Assembly (NCBI GenBank): GCA_012522275.1
Contig: JAAYKU010000256.1
Location: 2,639-66,638, forward strand
Reading direction: 5' to 3'
Length of the DNA: 64,000 nt
From: Smithella sp.
GTDB taxonomy: Bacteria > Desulfobacterota > Syntrophia > Syntrophales > Smithellaceae
A program made the translations under genes and the position numbers. The notes below the pieces were generated by a model. That model was not told where the DNA came from and made no database searches. It saw only the letters and a program-made list of their open reading frames with translations. Position 1 is the stretch's first letter; each line of letters opens with the position of its first letter. This document shows, in pieces, positions 1 to 9,944 of the stretch.

Positions 1-157
1 TTGACCCTAAGCGCTATTTTCTTGGCTCAGAAGAATCACAAAGAATAAAATGAAATGCCTTTGGTGTGACCAAGACCGGCGTAGATTATTGTCCGGGGTG
101 TTTGTCGGCTCTTGCTGAGGGTCTTGAATCAATAAACTGTATGCATCCGCATGCGGG

Positions 158-207
158 AAAGAAAAAGTCCCTGAGCCGGTTTGAAGATGATCATGACTCA
201 GGGACTT
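158..207 (-). terminator. Rho-independent terminator candidate downstream of the oxidoreductase gene (stem usable in both directions)
   Basis: Inverted repeat AAGTCCCTGAG (165-175) / CTCAGGGACTT (197-207). Read on the minus strand the stem is followed by TTTTTCTTT (plus 158-166). Read on the plus strand a T-run follows at 215-220. Confidence 0.5.
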
Positions 208-326
208 GTTTCAATTTTTTGAAAGGATCTCGTTCGCATCAAAAACCGAAATCCCGGCTGTGGCGAATAACTTACGCATGTTTAAAAGCCCGTGTTTCGA
301 AGATATGCCTGAAGTATTTTCATGAA

Positions 327-1325
327 TCAATCCCAGAGATTCACCACTGTTCTGCCCCTGTGGCTTCCGGCCTTTATTTCTTCCATGGCATGGCTTACGC
401 TTTTTAGCGGAATCTCTTTAGACAGATTTTCCATCCACGGGAACTTCCACTGGCCGGCAATCATATCCCAGGTCTTCTGCCGTCGAGGCATTGGGCAATT
501 TTGTGAGTCAATGCCATAAAGTGTCACGCCACGCAGAATAAACGGGAACACTGTCAGCTTCAGATCCGGCGAGATGACGTTCCCGCAGCAGGTAACGGCG
601 CCATATCCACTGGTTGAGCGGATCGCAGAGCTCAAAGCATCGCCGCCGAGTGTGTCGACGCACTTGTTCCATCGCTCTTTCAGCAGCGGCCGGCCGCTTG
701 TATCGATAAAGTCGGAAGGTTCGATAACATGCTTTGCGCCGATTTTTTTAAGAAATTCGCTTTCATCATTAGGGCTGTTGAGCGCGGTGATACTGTAGCC
801 GGTATGTGAAAGAATGGATACTGCAATGCTGCCCACACCTCCGCTTGCACCCGTCACCAGAATTTCATCCTCAGGATTCATGCCGAATTCCACAAGACGC
901 AGAATCGATAACGCGGCGGTGAATCCGGCCGTTCCGAAAATCATGCTTTCCCGCAGGGACAGGCCGGCCGGTTTGCGCACCACCCATGATGAAGGAACCC
1001 GGATGTATTGCCCCAGCCCGCCGGATGTGTTCATGCCCAGGTCATAGCTGGTTACGATGACTTCATCTCCCGGATTGAAATCTTTCGCGCTGCTTTCTTC
1101 AACAATCCCCGCAGCATCTATGCCGGGGGTGTGAGGATATTTCTTGGTAACGCCGCGGTTTCCGTTTGCAGAGAGCATATCTTTATAGTTAAGCGATGAA
1201 AACAACACTTTGATCAGTACGTCTCCCGCCGGGAGAGCTTCAGTCGATAATTCTTCAATTGCCTGTGTAAACTGGTTTTCGACCGCTTCTCTAACCATCA
1301 GTCCCTTGTAGTTTTTGTTTCCCAT
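327..1325 (-). CDS. Zinc-independent MDR quinone oxidoreductase, YhdH/AcuI (acrylyl-CoA reductase-like) family
   Basis: The translation contains LIKVLFSSLNYKDMLSANGNRGVTKKYPHTPGIDAAGIV and the GASGGVGS nucleotide-binding motif typical of the YhdH/YhfP subfamily. The ORF track starts at 1373, but the ATG at 1325 is preceded by GAGGAGG. Confidence 0.8.
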   Translation of the reverse strand: MGNKNYKGLMVREAVENQFTQAIEELSTEALPAGDVLIKVLFSSLNYKDMLSANGNRGVTKKYPHTPGIDAAGIVEESSAKDFNPGDEVIVTSYDLGMNTSGGLGQYIRVPSSWVVRKPAGLSLRESMIFGTAGFTAALSILRLVEFGMNPEDEILVTGASGGVGSIAVSILSHTGYSITALNSPNDESEFLKKIGAKHVIEPSDFIDTSGRPLLKERWNKCVDTLGGDALSSAIRSTSGYGAVTCCGNVISPDLKLTVFPFILRGVTLYGIDSQNCPMPRRQKTWDMIAGQWKFPWMENLSKEIPLKSVSHAMEEIKAGSHRGRTVVNLWD

Positions 1326-1732
1326 GTTGACCTCCTCGAAATTTACGAAATGATGTTTAATAAATGAACCCACATACGAGTGTTATGCACAGACATCGGA
1401 AAATTAAATCCGTTTGCCTGGGTTGAACCTATCACGCGGATCTATGACGGCCGGATTATCATATTCTTTTCTATTTTCTTCAACCTGATAATCGGATGAA
1501 AAGCCGCAAGTAGGTACGGCGCTCTTATTTACGGACCTTATTTCAGCCCTGATTAACCATTCAACCGGTCTGGCACTGGCCGTATGGGGAAAATTAACAA
1601 GAGGTTACGTTTTGTAACCCCTTTTTTTATCCGGACGGCAGCGGCGATCATGACGGACATTGAGGAGGCAAACGGTATCGATGCTTTTAGAGTTTTTTGC
1701 AAAAGTGGCGACATGGAAACCACAAAACATGG

Positions 1733-1769
1733 CAAGAAAAAAGCCGCCACGCTATGTATGCGAAACGGC
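1733..1769 (-). terminator. Rho-independent terminator of the tRNA operon
   Basis: The minus-strand reading GCCGTTTCGC-atacata-GCGTGGCGGC forms a hairpin (one mismatch, two G:U pairs). It is followed by TTTTTTCTT, about 10 nt downstream of tRNA-Lys. Confidence 0.55.
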
Positions 1770-1777
1770 TTGTGTTT

Positions 1778-1853
1778 TGGTGAGCCCTGTCGGGATCGAA
1801 CCGACAACCTACTGATTAAGAGTCAGTTGCTCTACCAGCTGAGCTAAGGGCCC
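1778..1853 (-). tRNA. tRNA-Lys (anticodon CTT), encoded CCA
   Basis: Hand-folded cloverleaf: acceptor GGGCCCT/AGGGCTC, anticodon stem ACTGA/TCAGT with loop CTCTTAA, T-arm GTCGG-TTCGATC-CCGAC. Length 76 nt. Confidence 0.9.
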
Positions 1854-1910
1854 TTCTTTTATCCGTATGCGCGCCCGGCGCATCGTCTTCAAAGAGCTTT
1901 CTTTTGATAT

Positions 1911-1987
1911 TGGCACGCCCGGTAGGATTCGAACCTACGACCAACAGATTCGAAGTCTGCGACTCTATCCAGCTGAGCTACGGGCGC
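1911..1987 (-). tRNA. tRNA-Arg (anticodon TCG), encoded CCA
   Basis: Acceptor GCGCCCG/CGGGCGT, anticodon stem GCAGA/TCTGT with loop CTTCGAA, T-arm GTAGG-TTCGAAT-CCTAC. Length 77 nt. Confidence 0.9.
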
Positions 1988-2004
1988 GTAACTTTGTTTT
2001 AAAA

Positions 2005-2082
2005 TGGGGTGAGTGAAGGGGCTTGAACCCTCAACCTCCGGGGCCACAACCCGGCACTCTGACCAATTGAGCTACACCCACC
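2005..2082 (-). tRNA. tRNA-His (anticodon GTG) with encoded G-1 and CCA
   Basis: An extra 5' G is opposite C73. Anticodon stem CCGGG/CCCGG with loop TTGTGGC, T-arm GAGGG-TTCAAGC-CCCTT. Length 78 nt. Confidence 0.9.
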
Positions 2083-2092
2083 ATTATCGCCC

Positions 2093-2169
<77 letters not shown>

Positions 2170-2198
2170 AATCTCTACCTGCACCAAAAAGAGAAAGC

Positions 2199-2227
2199 CT
2201 AATATCGCCTCTTCACTTATTTGTCAA
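2199..2227 (-). promoter_or_regulatory. Sigma-70-type promoter candidate for the tRNA operon
   Basis: The minus-strand reading is TTGACA-N17-TATTAG, about 30 nt upstream of the first tRNA (Arg-TCT). Confidence 0.4.
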
Positions 2228-2254
2228 GATTTAGGTTCAACTTCACGTATTTTT

Positions 2255-3988
2255 TTATCTCACGTATCCCGCGATTCCCTCGAAACGGTATCCCTTGCGG
2301 GGTGACGCGGCCCCGCCGGTTTCAGTCGAATAGTAATGCTTGTTTGTCGAGGGATTAAACCAGCGGTATAACTCGCGCGTGTTTGTCAGGCGCGAAGTCG
2401 CAATGTTGCCGATAACCCCTTCATAAATATAGCCGTCGAGCTTCTTGCCTCCCCCTTCACGCTCATGATGATAATAATGGTCGTTATTGCGGGGGCTGTA
2501 CCAGCGATGAAACGCGGTTGTTCCGGCTGTCTGCGGCGGAAACAGGCGAAAAGCGATGCCCTGTTTCACATATCCGTGCTGCACAAGTCTTTTTGATTCC
2601 GCCTGCGGGTCGGACGTAAACAGGTAGTCATTGCTTTTAGTGTACAGATAGATGTCTATGACTTTCGAGGCGACGTCGCTGACAACATCGACATAGACTT
2701 CCGCCACTTTTTTACCCGCGTTTGTTTTAAAAGTGATCTGCTCACCGTAACTTCCTGGATTCAGATATGAGGCATCCACCTTCACATTGACGTAATCAAT
2801 CTCGTTGCTTGTCGTACCGGAGATCGGATAGACGGTAATCCAGCCTTTAGGACCTCTTTTGATTTCCCTGCCGAATATCTTGATGCCTTCCGCCTCGAGT
2901 GTGCCTTCCTTCACGACAATGGACATGCTGTGCGGGCCATCGGCAAGCCCCCGGGCGATGAGCAGTTCTTTTTGCTCGTGTGCGCCCGGGATTGGTTCGG
3001 GCAGGTAGAGCCTCTCTTCGTCCAGATAAAAAGAGCTGTTTCCTTCTTCTGACGATGAAAACAGAAAAAAACTCACTCCCGTTCCCTGAAAGCGAAATTT
3101 AATAGAACTTGCAACTCCCGTGCTGACGGGGTATCCGTTTTTACCCACCCACCTGCCGATCAATTCCATGGAGTCTTTCAGATGTGCAGGAGGGACATAT
3201 CCGCTGCCGTCGCGGACATCCGGGTTGAAAAAGGAGAAATATCTTTCTTTGGGCAGTTCCTTTGTATGTTCAATCGTGCCGGGCTGAGGCAGAAAAACCG
3301 TCCACCTGAGTGTTTCCGTCCCGGGGTTTGTGACTTCGATCCTTTGAGATATCGTTTTACCCGGCATCTGTACGCCTAGATCCAGACGCTGTGGGTTCAG
3401 TGCAATGGAGGGAGGCTCCTGCAAAGACAGAAGACGCAAAGAGATAAAAATAGTTCTCTGACCGCCTGTGGAGGAAAGTTGTATAGGCAGGCGATGGGTA
3501 CCCGGCTTCAGGTTTTTGAAGCAGGTGAGCTGCCGGGCGCCCGCTTCCATTTTAATGAAGGTCCGATAGGTGGAAATCTTCGGCTGTTCCCAGAAATAAT
3601 TTTCGTTATTTCCCCTGGCATATGCTTCCACGCGCAGATAATCGGGCCTTCGCGTCACTTTTCCCTCGATAGCGCCGTCTTCGACCGCCCACCCCTCAGG
3701 ACAAGACGCCTCCCAGTCGATATCTTCAGAAGGCCCCGGTGCTACATTTCTCAGGACAAATTCACCGAAAGTCACTTCGTCTTGTTTTATCGTTCCCAGA
3801 TCGATTTCCCGCGGAGCAATCGACAAAACCGGCCGCTGCCGTAGCTCCGGCGCACTTTGTGCGACTGTTATACGCCCGGCCCCGATTACGGCCGCGGCTG
3901 TATCTGCGCCGGCCGGCTCAAGGGCGTTTGCCGCCGGGATATTCACTAATATCAGTACCGTGATCGCGATAATTACTTTCCGGATCAT
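2255..3988 (-). CDS. Secreted or anchored multidomain protein with three C-terminal DUF5648-like repeats (function unknown)
   Basis: N-terminal signal/anchor MIRKVIIAITVLILVNIPAANA. The C-terminus has three repeats of the form [LF]-[YH]-R-W-[YF]-x-P-x-x-x-x-H-[YF]-Y...G-Y-x-x-E-G (for example ELYRWFNPSTNKHYYSTE...GYRFEGIAGYV). The ATG at 3988 is preceded by GAGGAG; the ORF-track start is 4045. Confidence 0.6.
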   Translation of the reverse strand: MIRKVIIAITVLILVNIPAANALEPAGADTAAAVIGAGRITVAQSAPELRQRPVLSIAPREIDLGTIKQDEVTFGEFVLRNVAPGPSEDIDWEASCPEGWAVEDGAIEGKVTRRPDYLRVEAYARGNNENYFWEQPKISTYRTFIKMEAGARQLTCFKNLKPGTHRLPIQLSSTGGQRTIFISLRLLSLQEPPSIALNPQRLDLGVQMPGKTISQRIEVTNPGTETLRWTVFLPQPGTIEHTKELPKERYFSFFNPDVRDGSGYVPPAHLKDSMELIGRWVGKNGYPVSTGVASSIKFRFQGTGVSFFLFSSSEEGNSSFYLDEERLYLPEPIPGAHEQKELLIARGLADGPHSMSIVVKEGTLEAEGIKIFGREIKRGPKGWITVYPISGTTSNEIDYVNVKVDASYLNPGSYGEQITFKTNAGKKVAEVYVDVVSDVASKVIDIYLYTKSNDYLFTSDPQAESKRLVQHGYVKQGIAFRLFPPQTAGTTAFHRWYSPRNNDHYYHHEREGGGKKLDGYIYEGVIGNIATSRLTNTRELYRWFNPSTNKHYYSTETGGAASPRKGYRFEGIAGYVR

Positions 3989-4149
3989 GTTCTCCTCATT
4001 AAAATTGAGTTGCGGCTTATTAACGCAAAGCTTGATTTTAAGCAATGATTTAAAAAAACTTGACAGATTTAAGGCCCAGGTTGTAACGTGCGGCCGATTT
4101 TACCATTTTCCTTTAAATTAACATTCACAAAAATTTACCGGAATCGCAC

Positions 4150-5289
4150 ATGGGTCATGAGGACTTGAAATATTGGCTGGCACTGAAATCGATTGAGGGG
4201 GCGGGCTCCGGTCTGTTTCAGGAGATTTTGCGCAATTTTCCCTCCCTGTCCGCCGTTTTTGAGGCGCATCCCCGTGCAATCGAGGCGCTGCCCGGAATAA
4301 GAAAAAAAACGGCGGCCGCCATTTCATCCTTCAGCGGCTGGGATAAAATTGACAGGCAGCTCGAAGCGCTCGATAAAGCCGGAATACAGGTCATCACTTT
4401 TATCGATGATCTGTATCCTTCCAATCTTCTCAATATTTACGACAGGCCCCCGCTTCTTTATGTTCTGGGCTCTTTGCAAAAAGACGATGTTCATCTGGCG
4501 GTTGTAGGCTCCAGGCACGCCAGCACCTATGGGAGATACACAACTGAGCGCTTCAGCCGCGAGCTGGCGCACAAAGGGGTTACGATTGTCAGTGGCATGG
4601 CCAGGGGGATCGACACATGCGCACATCGCGGCGCCCTTGGCGCCGGCGGCCGCACCATTGCGGTTTTGGGCAGCGGCCTTGATGTTGTCTATCCGCCGGA
4701 AAATAAAAAATTGTTTACCGCCATTTCACAAAACGGCGCGCTCATCTCTGATTATCCTTTGGGAACCGGGCCCCTTCCCTATCACTTTCCTGCCCGCAAC
4801 CGCATCATCAGCGGCATGTCGTACGGCGTAGTGGTTGTGGAGGCGGGTGAAAAAAGCGGCTCTCTGATTACGGCCAGGCTGGCGCTCGAACAGGGACGCG
4901 AAGTTTTCGCGATTCCCGGCGCAATTGATTCGCCGTCGTCGCGCGGCACTAACAGCCTGATCAAGCAGGGGGCGAAGCTGATTGAAAACGCCGATGACAT
5001 TCTCGAAGAGATTATTCCGCAGCTGGAGCGAAAAACGCTTCAGGCGCAAAAACATACACAGGAATCTCCCCCTGCCGTTGCCGCGAAGGAGAACAAAGCT
5101 CCTGCGCCCTTGTTGAGCCGGGAGGAGCAGGCCATTGTCAAAGCCCTCGAACACGGGAAAGCACATGCAGATGATATCATCTCAAGTTCCGGCCTGCCGG
5201 CCGCGGAGGTGCTGGGCAGACTGATGGCATTGGAATTAAATGAAATTATTGTGCAGCAACCGGGCAAATTTTTTTGTCTGAAAAAATAA
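4150..5289 (+). CDS. dprA: DNA-processing protein DprA/Smf
   Basis: The translation contains the DprA Rossmann core GMARGIDTCAHRGALGAGGRTIAVLGSGLDVVYPPEN...GSLITARLALEQGREVFAIPG. The dprA-topA neighbourhood is conserved. Confidence 0.9.
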   Translation: MGHEDLKYWLALKSIEGAGSGLFQEILRNFPSLSAVFEAHPRAIEALPGIRKKTAAAISSFSGWDKIDRQLEALDKAGIQVITFIDDLYPSNLLNIYDRPPLLYVLGSLQKDDVHLAVVGSRHASTYGRYTTERFSRELAHKGVTIVSGMARGIDTCAHRGALGAGGRTIAVLGSGLDVVYPPENKKLFTAISQNGALISDYPLGTGPLPYHFPARNRIISGMSYGVVVVEAGEKSGSLITARLALEQGREVFAIPGAIDSPSSRGTNSLIKQGAKLIENADDILEEIIPQLERKTLQAQKHTQESPPAVAAKENKAPAPLLSREEQAIVKALEHGKAHADDIISSSGLPAAEVLGRLMALELNEIIVQQPGKFFCLKK

Positions 5290-5346
5290 TACCTTTACAA
5301 AATACTTTCTGAAGTCTATAGGGGCGGCCGATTGTGAGGAGTTGAT

Positions 5347-7680
5347 ATGTCTGATTCATTGATTGTTGTGGAATCTCCAACAAAAGTTAAAACCATAAAA
5401 AAATTGCTCGGCAGGGATTTCAATGTGGTCGCTTCCATGGGTCACGTTAAAGACCTGCCCAAAAAAACGCTGGGTATTGATCTGGAAAAGGATTTCGAAC
5501 CCACTTATCAGGTCATCGACACCAAAAAGAAAACGATCGATGAATTGAAAAAGGCTGCCAAAACCGCCCAAAATATTTACCTGGCTCCCGACCCGGACCG
5601 CGAGGGCGAGGCAATTGCATGGCATATCGCCGAAATTATCGGCGGACGGAATAAGAATATCTATCGTGTTTTGTTCAATGACCTGACCAAAAGCACGGTC
5701 ATAGAGGCGATCAGCAATCCCCTGAAGCTCGATTTCGATAAGTACGAGGCGCAGCAGACCAGACGCATTCTGGATCGTCTGGTCGGCTATCAGATAAGCC
5801 CTGTTTTGTGGGACAAGGTCAAAAGAGGCCTGAGCGCCGGGCGCGTGCAGTCCGTCGCCGTACGGATGATCTGCGACAGAGAGGATGAAATCTCCCGTTT
5901 CGTCCCGGAAGAATACTGGAATCTGAAAGCTCTGTTCGAAGGCAGCCAGCCTCCGTCTTTTGAAGCAAAGCTCATAAAAGTGGACGGGAAAAAAGCCAAA
6001 GTCTCAAACGCCGACGAGGCCGGCCGGCTGACGGCGAAAATAAAAGAGGCAAAATTCCAGGTGGAAAAACTGGAGCGAAAGGAGATCAAACGCTCAGCGC
6101 TGCCGCCCTTCACCACCAGCAAGCTGCAGCAGGAGGCCTCACGGGCGCTGAGATTTTCCGCCAAGAAAACCATGAGCATCGCCCAGAAATTGTATGAGGG
6201 CATCGAGCTGGGAAAAGACGGCTCCGTCGGCCTGATTACCTATATGAGAACGGATTCGTACCGCATCGCAAACGAGGCGCTGCACGCGGTTCGTGACTAT
6301 ATAAAAACCAATTATTCTCCCGAATATCTGCCGCACAGACCGCATGTTTATAAAAACGCGCAAAAAACGCAAGACGCGCATGAGGCCATCCGCCCTTCCC
6401 TGATGGCTTACAGGCCTCAGGATATCAAGGGATTCCTGACGCCCGATCAGTTCAAGCTCTATCAGCTCATCTGGAACCGCTTTGTGGCCAGCCAGATGAA
6501 CCCGGCTGTTTTCGACCAGACGACCATCGATATCACCGGCGCCGGCTGCACTTTCCGTGCGCAGGGACAGGTAATGAAATTCCCCGGTTTCACCGTCGTC
6601 TATACGGAAAGCAAGGAGGAAAAAGAAGACGACAATGAAAACGGCACGGACAAACTGCTGCCGCAACTCAGTCAGCACGAGGCATTGAAGCTTTTGAAAC
6701 TCGACACGCAGCAGAAATTCACCCAGCCGCCGCCGCGCTATTCAGAGGCTTCTCTGGTGCGCGCACTCGAAGAAAACGGTATCGGCCGCCCCAGCACATA
6801 CGCGGCAATTCTCACCACTATCCAGGACCGCGAGTATGTTACCCTGGAAAAGGGAAAATTCTTTCCGACGGAGCTGGGTAAAATGGTCACTGAGCTTCTG
6901 GTGCACAGCTTTCCGAGCATTCTGGATCTGGCCTTTACGGCGGATATGGAAAACAAGCTCGACGCCATCGAAAGCGGGGAAACCAAGCGGGTTCAGACAT
7001 TGAAAGATTTTTATCGGCTGTTCTCGCGTGAGCTGGATAAGGCCAAAGATGAGATGCGCAATGTAAAGACAGAGGAAACACCAACGGATCTTGTCTGCGA
7101 GAAATGCTCCTCTCCGATGGTCATCAGATGGGGAAAAAACGGCCGGTTCTTATGCTGCACCAATTATCCTGAATGCAAAAATACCATGAATTTCACTCAT
7201 GACGAAAACGGGAGGGTAAAGCACGTGGAAGCTCAGACAACAGACATCAAATGCAGTAAATGCGGAAAAAATATGGTTGTCAAAGAGGGGCGCTTCGGAC
7301 AGTTTCTGGCCTGTTCCGGCTATCCTGACTGTAAAAACACGATGAATGCGGCGAAAAATGACAAGGGTGAAATCGTCGCGGATGAGACTCCGGCCACCGA
7401 CGAGGTGTGCGAATTGTGCGGCAAGCCCATGGCCGTCAAAAGGGGTCGCTACGGGCAGTTTCTGGGATGCACCGGTTACCCGGACTGTAGAAATATCAAA
7501 AAAATCGGGAAAGACGGCAAGGCGATAAAGCAGGAGGTCATCTTGTCGGATGAAGTCTGCGAGCTGTGTCAAAAGCCAATGGCCGTCAAGCGTGGCCGCT
7601 ACGGACAGTTTCTGGGATGCACCGGATATCCAAAGTGTAAAAACATCAAAAAGATACCCGGGAAAAAAGACGCGCAATGA
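5347..7680 (+). CDS. topA: DNA topoisomerase I with four C-terminal C4 zinc ribbons
   Basis: TOPRIM N-terminus (LIVVESPTKVKTIKKLLG...DPDREGEA) and active-site region ITYMRTDS. Four CxxC...CxxxxxC ribbons follow, and the last two are near-identical. Confidence 0.95.
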   Translation: MSDSLIVVESPTKVKTIKKLLGRDFNVVASMGHVKDLPKKTLGIDLEKDFEPTYQVIDTKKKTIDELKKAAKTAQNIYLAPDPDREGEAIAWHIAEIIGGRNKNIYRVLFNDLTKSTVIEAISNPLKLDFDKYEAQQTRRILDRLVGYQISPVLWDKVKRGLSAGRVQSVAVRMICDREDEISRFVPEEYWNLKALFEGSQPPSFEAKLIKVDGKKAKVSNADEAGRLTAKIKEAKFQVEKLERKEIKRSALPPFTTSKLQQEASRALRFSAKKTMSIAQKLYEGIELGKDGSVGLITYMRTDSYRIANEALHAVRDYIKTNYSPEYLPHRPHVYKNAQKTQDAHEAIRPSLMAYRPQDIKGFLTPDQFKLYQLIWNRFVASQMNPAVFDQTTIDITGAGCTFRAQGQVMKFPGFTVVYTESKEEKEDDNENGTDKLLPQLSQHEALKLLKLDTQQKFTQPPPRYSEASLVRALEENGIGRPSTYAAILTTIQDREYVTLEKGKFFPTELGKMVTELLVHSFPSILDLAFTADMENKLDAIESGETKRVQTLKDFYRLFSRELDKAKDEMRNVKTEETPTDLVCEKCSSPMVIRWGKNGRFLCCTNYPECKNTMNFTHDENGRVKHVEAQTTDIKCSKCGKNMVVKEGRFGQFLACSGYPDCKNTMNAAKNDKGEIVADETPATDEVCELCGKPMAVKRGRYGQFLGCTGYPDCRNIKKIGKDGKAIKQEVILSDEVCELCQKPMAVKRGRYGQFLGCTGYPKCKNIKKIPGKKDAQ

Positions 7681-9002
7681 CACACACGCCGGTCACGATC
7701 ATCGGCGGAGGGCTGGCCGGCTCAGAGGCGGCCTGGCAGCTTTTAAAACGCGGACACACAGTTCATCTTTATGAAATGAAGCCGCAACGCTTCTCTGCCG
7801 CGCACACATCAGAGAGGCTGGCCGAGCTCGTGTGCAGTAATTCCTTCAAATCCAACGATCCGGAAAGTGCGCCGGGACTTTTAAAAAACGAAATGCGCCG
7901 TCTCGACTCTCTCATTGTTGACGCGGCCGACCGCACGTCTGTTCCGGCGGGAACAGCTCTGGCCGTGGACCGGGCCGAATTTTCGCACCTGGTTGAAAAA
8001 CGCCTGCTCGAACAGGATAGATTCAAGCTGATACGCCTCGAGCTCGGCTCGATCCCCCGGGAAGGTCCTGTCATTGTCGCAACCGGCCCGCTGACTTCCG
8101 ATGCAATGGCGCAATCAATTTCTGCACTTTTGGGCAGCCCCTATCTGTATTTCTATGACGCCATCGCCCCCATCGTGGAGGCGGAATCCATAGATATGGA
8201 TAAAGTTTATCTGGCTTCCCGCTACGATAAAGGCACTGCTGACTATCTGAACTGCCCTCTGACAAAAACCGAATACAAAAGCTTCCGCAGCGAGCTCCTG
8301 GCGGGAGAAAAGGTGACGCCCAGGACGTTTGAAAGCACAAAGCATTTTGAAGGCTGCCTTCCGATCGAAGTTCTGGCGGCCCGTGGCGAGGAGACGCTTG
8401 CCTTCGGCCCCCTCAAACCGGTGGGGCTGGTCAATCCGTACACCAACACTCTGCCGTACGCGGTCGTACAGCTGCGCAGAGAAAACGCATCAGGCACTCT
8501 TTTCAACCTGGTGGGCTTTCAGACCAGACTTACCTGGCCGGAACAAAAACGTATTTTCCGGATGATACCGGGACTGGAAAATGCCGAATTCGCCCGTCTC
8601 GGCAGCATCCATCGCAACACATACATTCACTCCCCCTCGCTTTTATCCACCCTGCTGCACTTGAAGGCATATCCGGAAATTTACTTTGCCGGACAGATCA
8701 CCGGCGTGGAAGGTTATATGGAATCGGCCGCGACCGGCCTTCTGGCGGGACTCGGCGTGTCGTTTTATCTGGAAAATAAAAAATTCATTCCCCCTCCCCC
8801 TTCGACGGCAATGGGAGCATTGGTTCACTACGTCACCTCGCCGGAAGCGGCAAAACACTTTCAGCCCATGAATATCAACTTCGGAATCATTGACCGGCCG
8901 ACAGACAAAAAAGTAAGAAAAAAAGACAGGCATCGCCTGATAGCCGGGCACGCTTGCTCCTCTTTTACCTCATGGCTCGGGTCTCTCGACGCACCCAGGT
9001 AA
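7677..9002 (+). CDS. trmFO: Methylenetetrahydrofolate-tRNA-(uracil54-C5)-methyltransferase TrmFO (Gid)
   Basis: FAD-binding N-terminus VTIIGGGLAGSEAAWQLLKRG. The start overlaps the topA stop (ATGA). topA-trmFO synteny is typical. Confidence 0.9.
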   Translation: MTHTPVTIIGGGLAGSEAAWQLLKRGHTVHLYEMKPQRFSAAHTSERLAELVCSNSFKSNDPESAPGLLKNEMRRLDSLIVDAADRTSVPAGTALAVDRAEFSHLVEKRLLEQDRFKLIRLELGSIPREGPVIVATGPLTSDAMAQSISALLGSPYLYFYDAIAPIVEAESIDMDKVYLASRYDKGTADYLNCPLTKTEYKSFRSELLAGEKVTPRTFESTKHFEGCLPIEVLAARGEETLAFGPLKPVGLVNPYTNTLPYAVVQLRRENASGTLFNLVGFQTRLTWPEQKRIFRMIPGLENAEFARLGSIHRNTYIHSPSLLSTLLHLKAYPEIYFAGQITGVEGYMESAATGLLAGLGVSFYLENKKFIPPPPSTAMGALVHYVTSPEAAKHFQPMNINFGIIDRPTDKKVRKKDRHRLIAGHACSSFTSWLGSLDAPR

Positions 9003-9153
9003 GTTTTGATAAAACACCCTTCTTATCACCTCTGCAGGCGGCGCTGCGTATGTGAAAATTTTCATCTGGCCGGAATCCGGCACGCCGGTTTTGACACTCA
9101 AGCAGGCTGGATACAATCTGTCGGGCAAGTACAAAAGCCGGTGAGAGGAGCTT

Positions 9154-9912
9154 TTATCCCTTCAGCGTCTTGTAATGAGAGTTGACTTTTTCAATATAAG
9201 ACAGTGTTTCACCAGGCAGGCGGTGCGGGTTTTTTTCCAGATTGCCCATGCCCCAGTTATAGGCCGCCAGCGCAGCATTCACATCTCCTTTGTAGCGGTT
9301 CAAAAGCATTTTCAGATACCTGGTGCCGGCCATGATGTTTTCCCTTGGGTCATAGGGGTTTTTGACCCCAAGCTCCCTGGCCGTATCCGGCATAAGCTGC
9401 ATCAGCCCCATTGCGCCCGCAGGCGATGTCGCCGACGGATTGAAGTCGCTTTCCGCCTTGATCACAGATTCAACGAGAGCGGAATCGACATCATGCGCGG
9501 CCGCCGCCTGTTTGATAATTTGAGAAAAATCATTGTGTGTTGCAGCCGGGGAATCTGCCTCAATGGCGGTAGAGCTTTTTGCGACCCCGCCGATGCCGGC
9601 CGCTATTGCCGGCGCACAGCCTGCCGACTGCCGCAATAACGTATAATCCGCCTTGTCCCCCGTGCTGAAAATGCTGTGGAAAAGGCGTGTATTCATCTGG
9701 ATTTGCAAGGCGCGCAAAAGCAGCGTCAACTGCCTTTCGGTCGGCGCCGCGGATGCTGATGATTTAAAAGCATCTTGCCTGGCCGCCAATGTGTCCCGTA
9801 AAACGTCTCCGAAACCGACATTTTCCCGAAGCCGGCCGGCGGAGGCTTCAGGTCCGGGTTCACCTGGAGTTTCAATACGCTGAACAGAGGGAAAATCAGG
9901 AATTATAATCAT
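9154..9912 (-). CDS. Lytic transglycosylase (SLT domain) with no recognisable signal peptide; possible flagellar peptidoglycan-remodelling enzyme
   Basis: The C-terminal SLT core is VIKAESDFNPSATSPAGAMGLMQLMPDTARELG...AYNWGMGN, with the catalytic Glu in the AES motif. The N-terminal 120 aa are hydrophilic with no hydrophobic h-region. GGAG lies 5 nt upstream of the ATG. Confidence 0.8.
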   Translation of the reverse strand: MIIIPDFPSVQRIETPGEPGPEASAGRLRENVGFGDVLRDTLAARQDAFKSSASAAPTERQLTLLLRALQIQMNTRLFHSIFSTGDKADYTLLRQSAGCAPAIAAGIGGVAKSSTAIEADSPAATHNDFSQIIKQAAAAHDVDSALVESVIKAESDFNPSATSPAGAMGLMQLMPDTARELGVKNPYDPRENIMAGTRYLKMLLNRYKGDVNAALAAYNWGMGNLEKNPHRLPGETLSYIEKVNSHYKTLKG

Positions 9913-9944
9913 ACTTTCTCCACCATAATGACAGAGAAATAAGA

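Noticed and set aside
50-118. 22-aa Cys-containing mini-ORF MKCLWCDQDRRRLLSGVFVGSC
   Set aside because: It has no RBS, lies at the window edge and runs directly into terminator hairpins, so there is no support beyond an ATG.
9003-9153. Terminator between convergent trmFO and the SLT gene (GCCGG-AAT-CCGGC)
   Set aside because: The stem is only 5 bp with a 3-nt loop, and the T-run is separated from it. Too weak to call.
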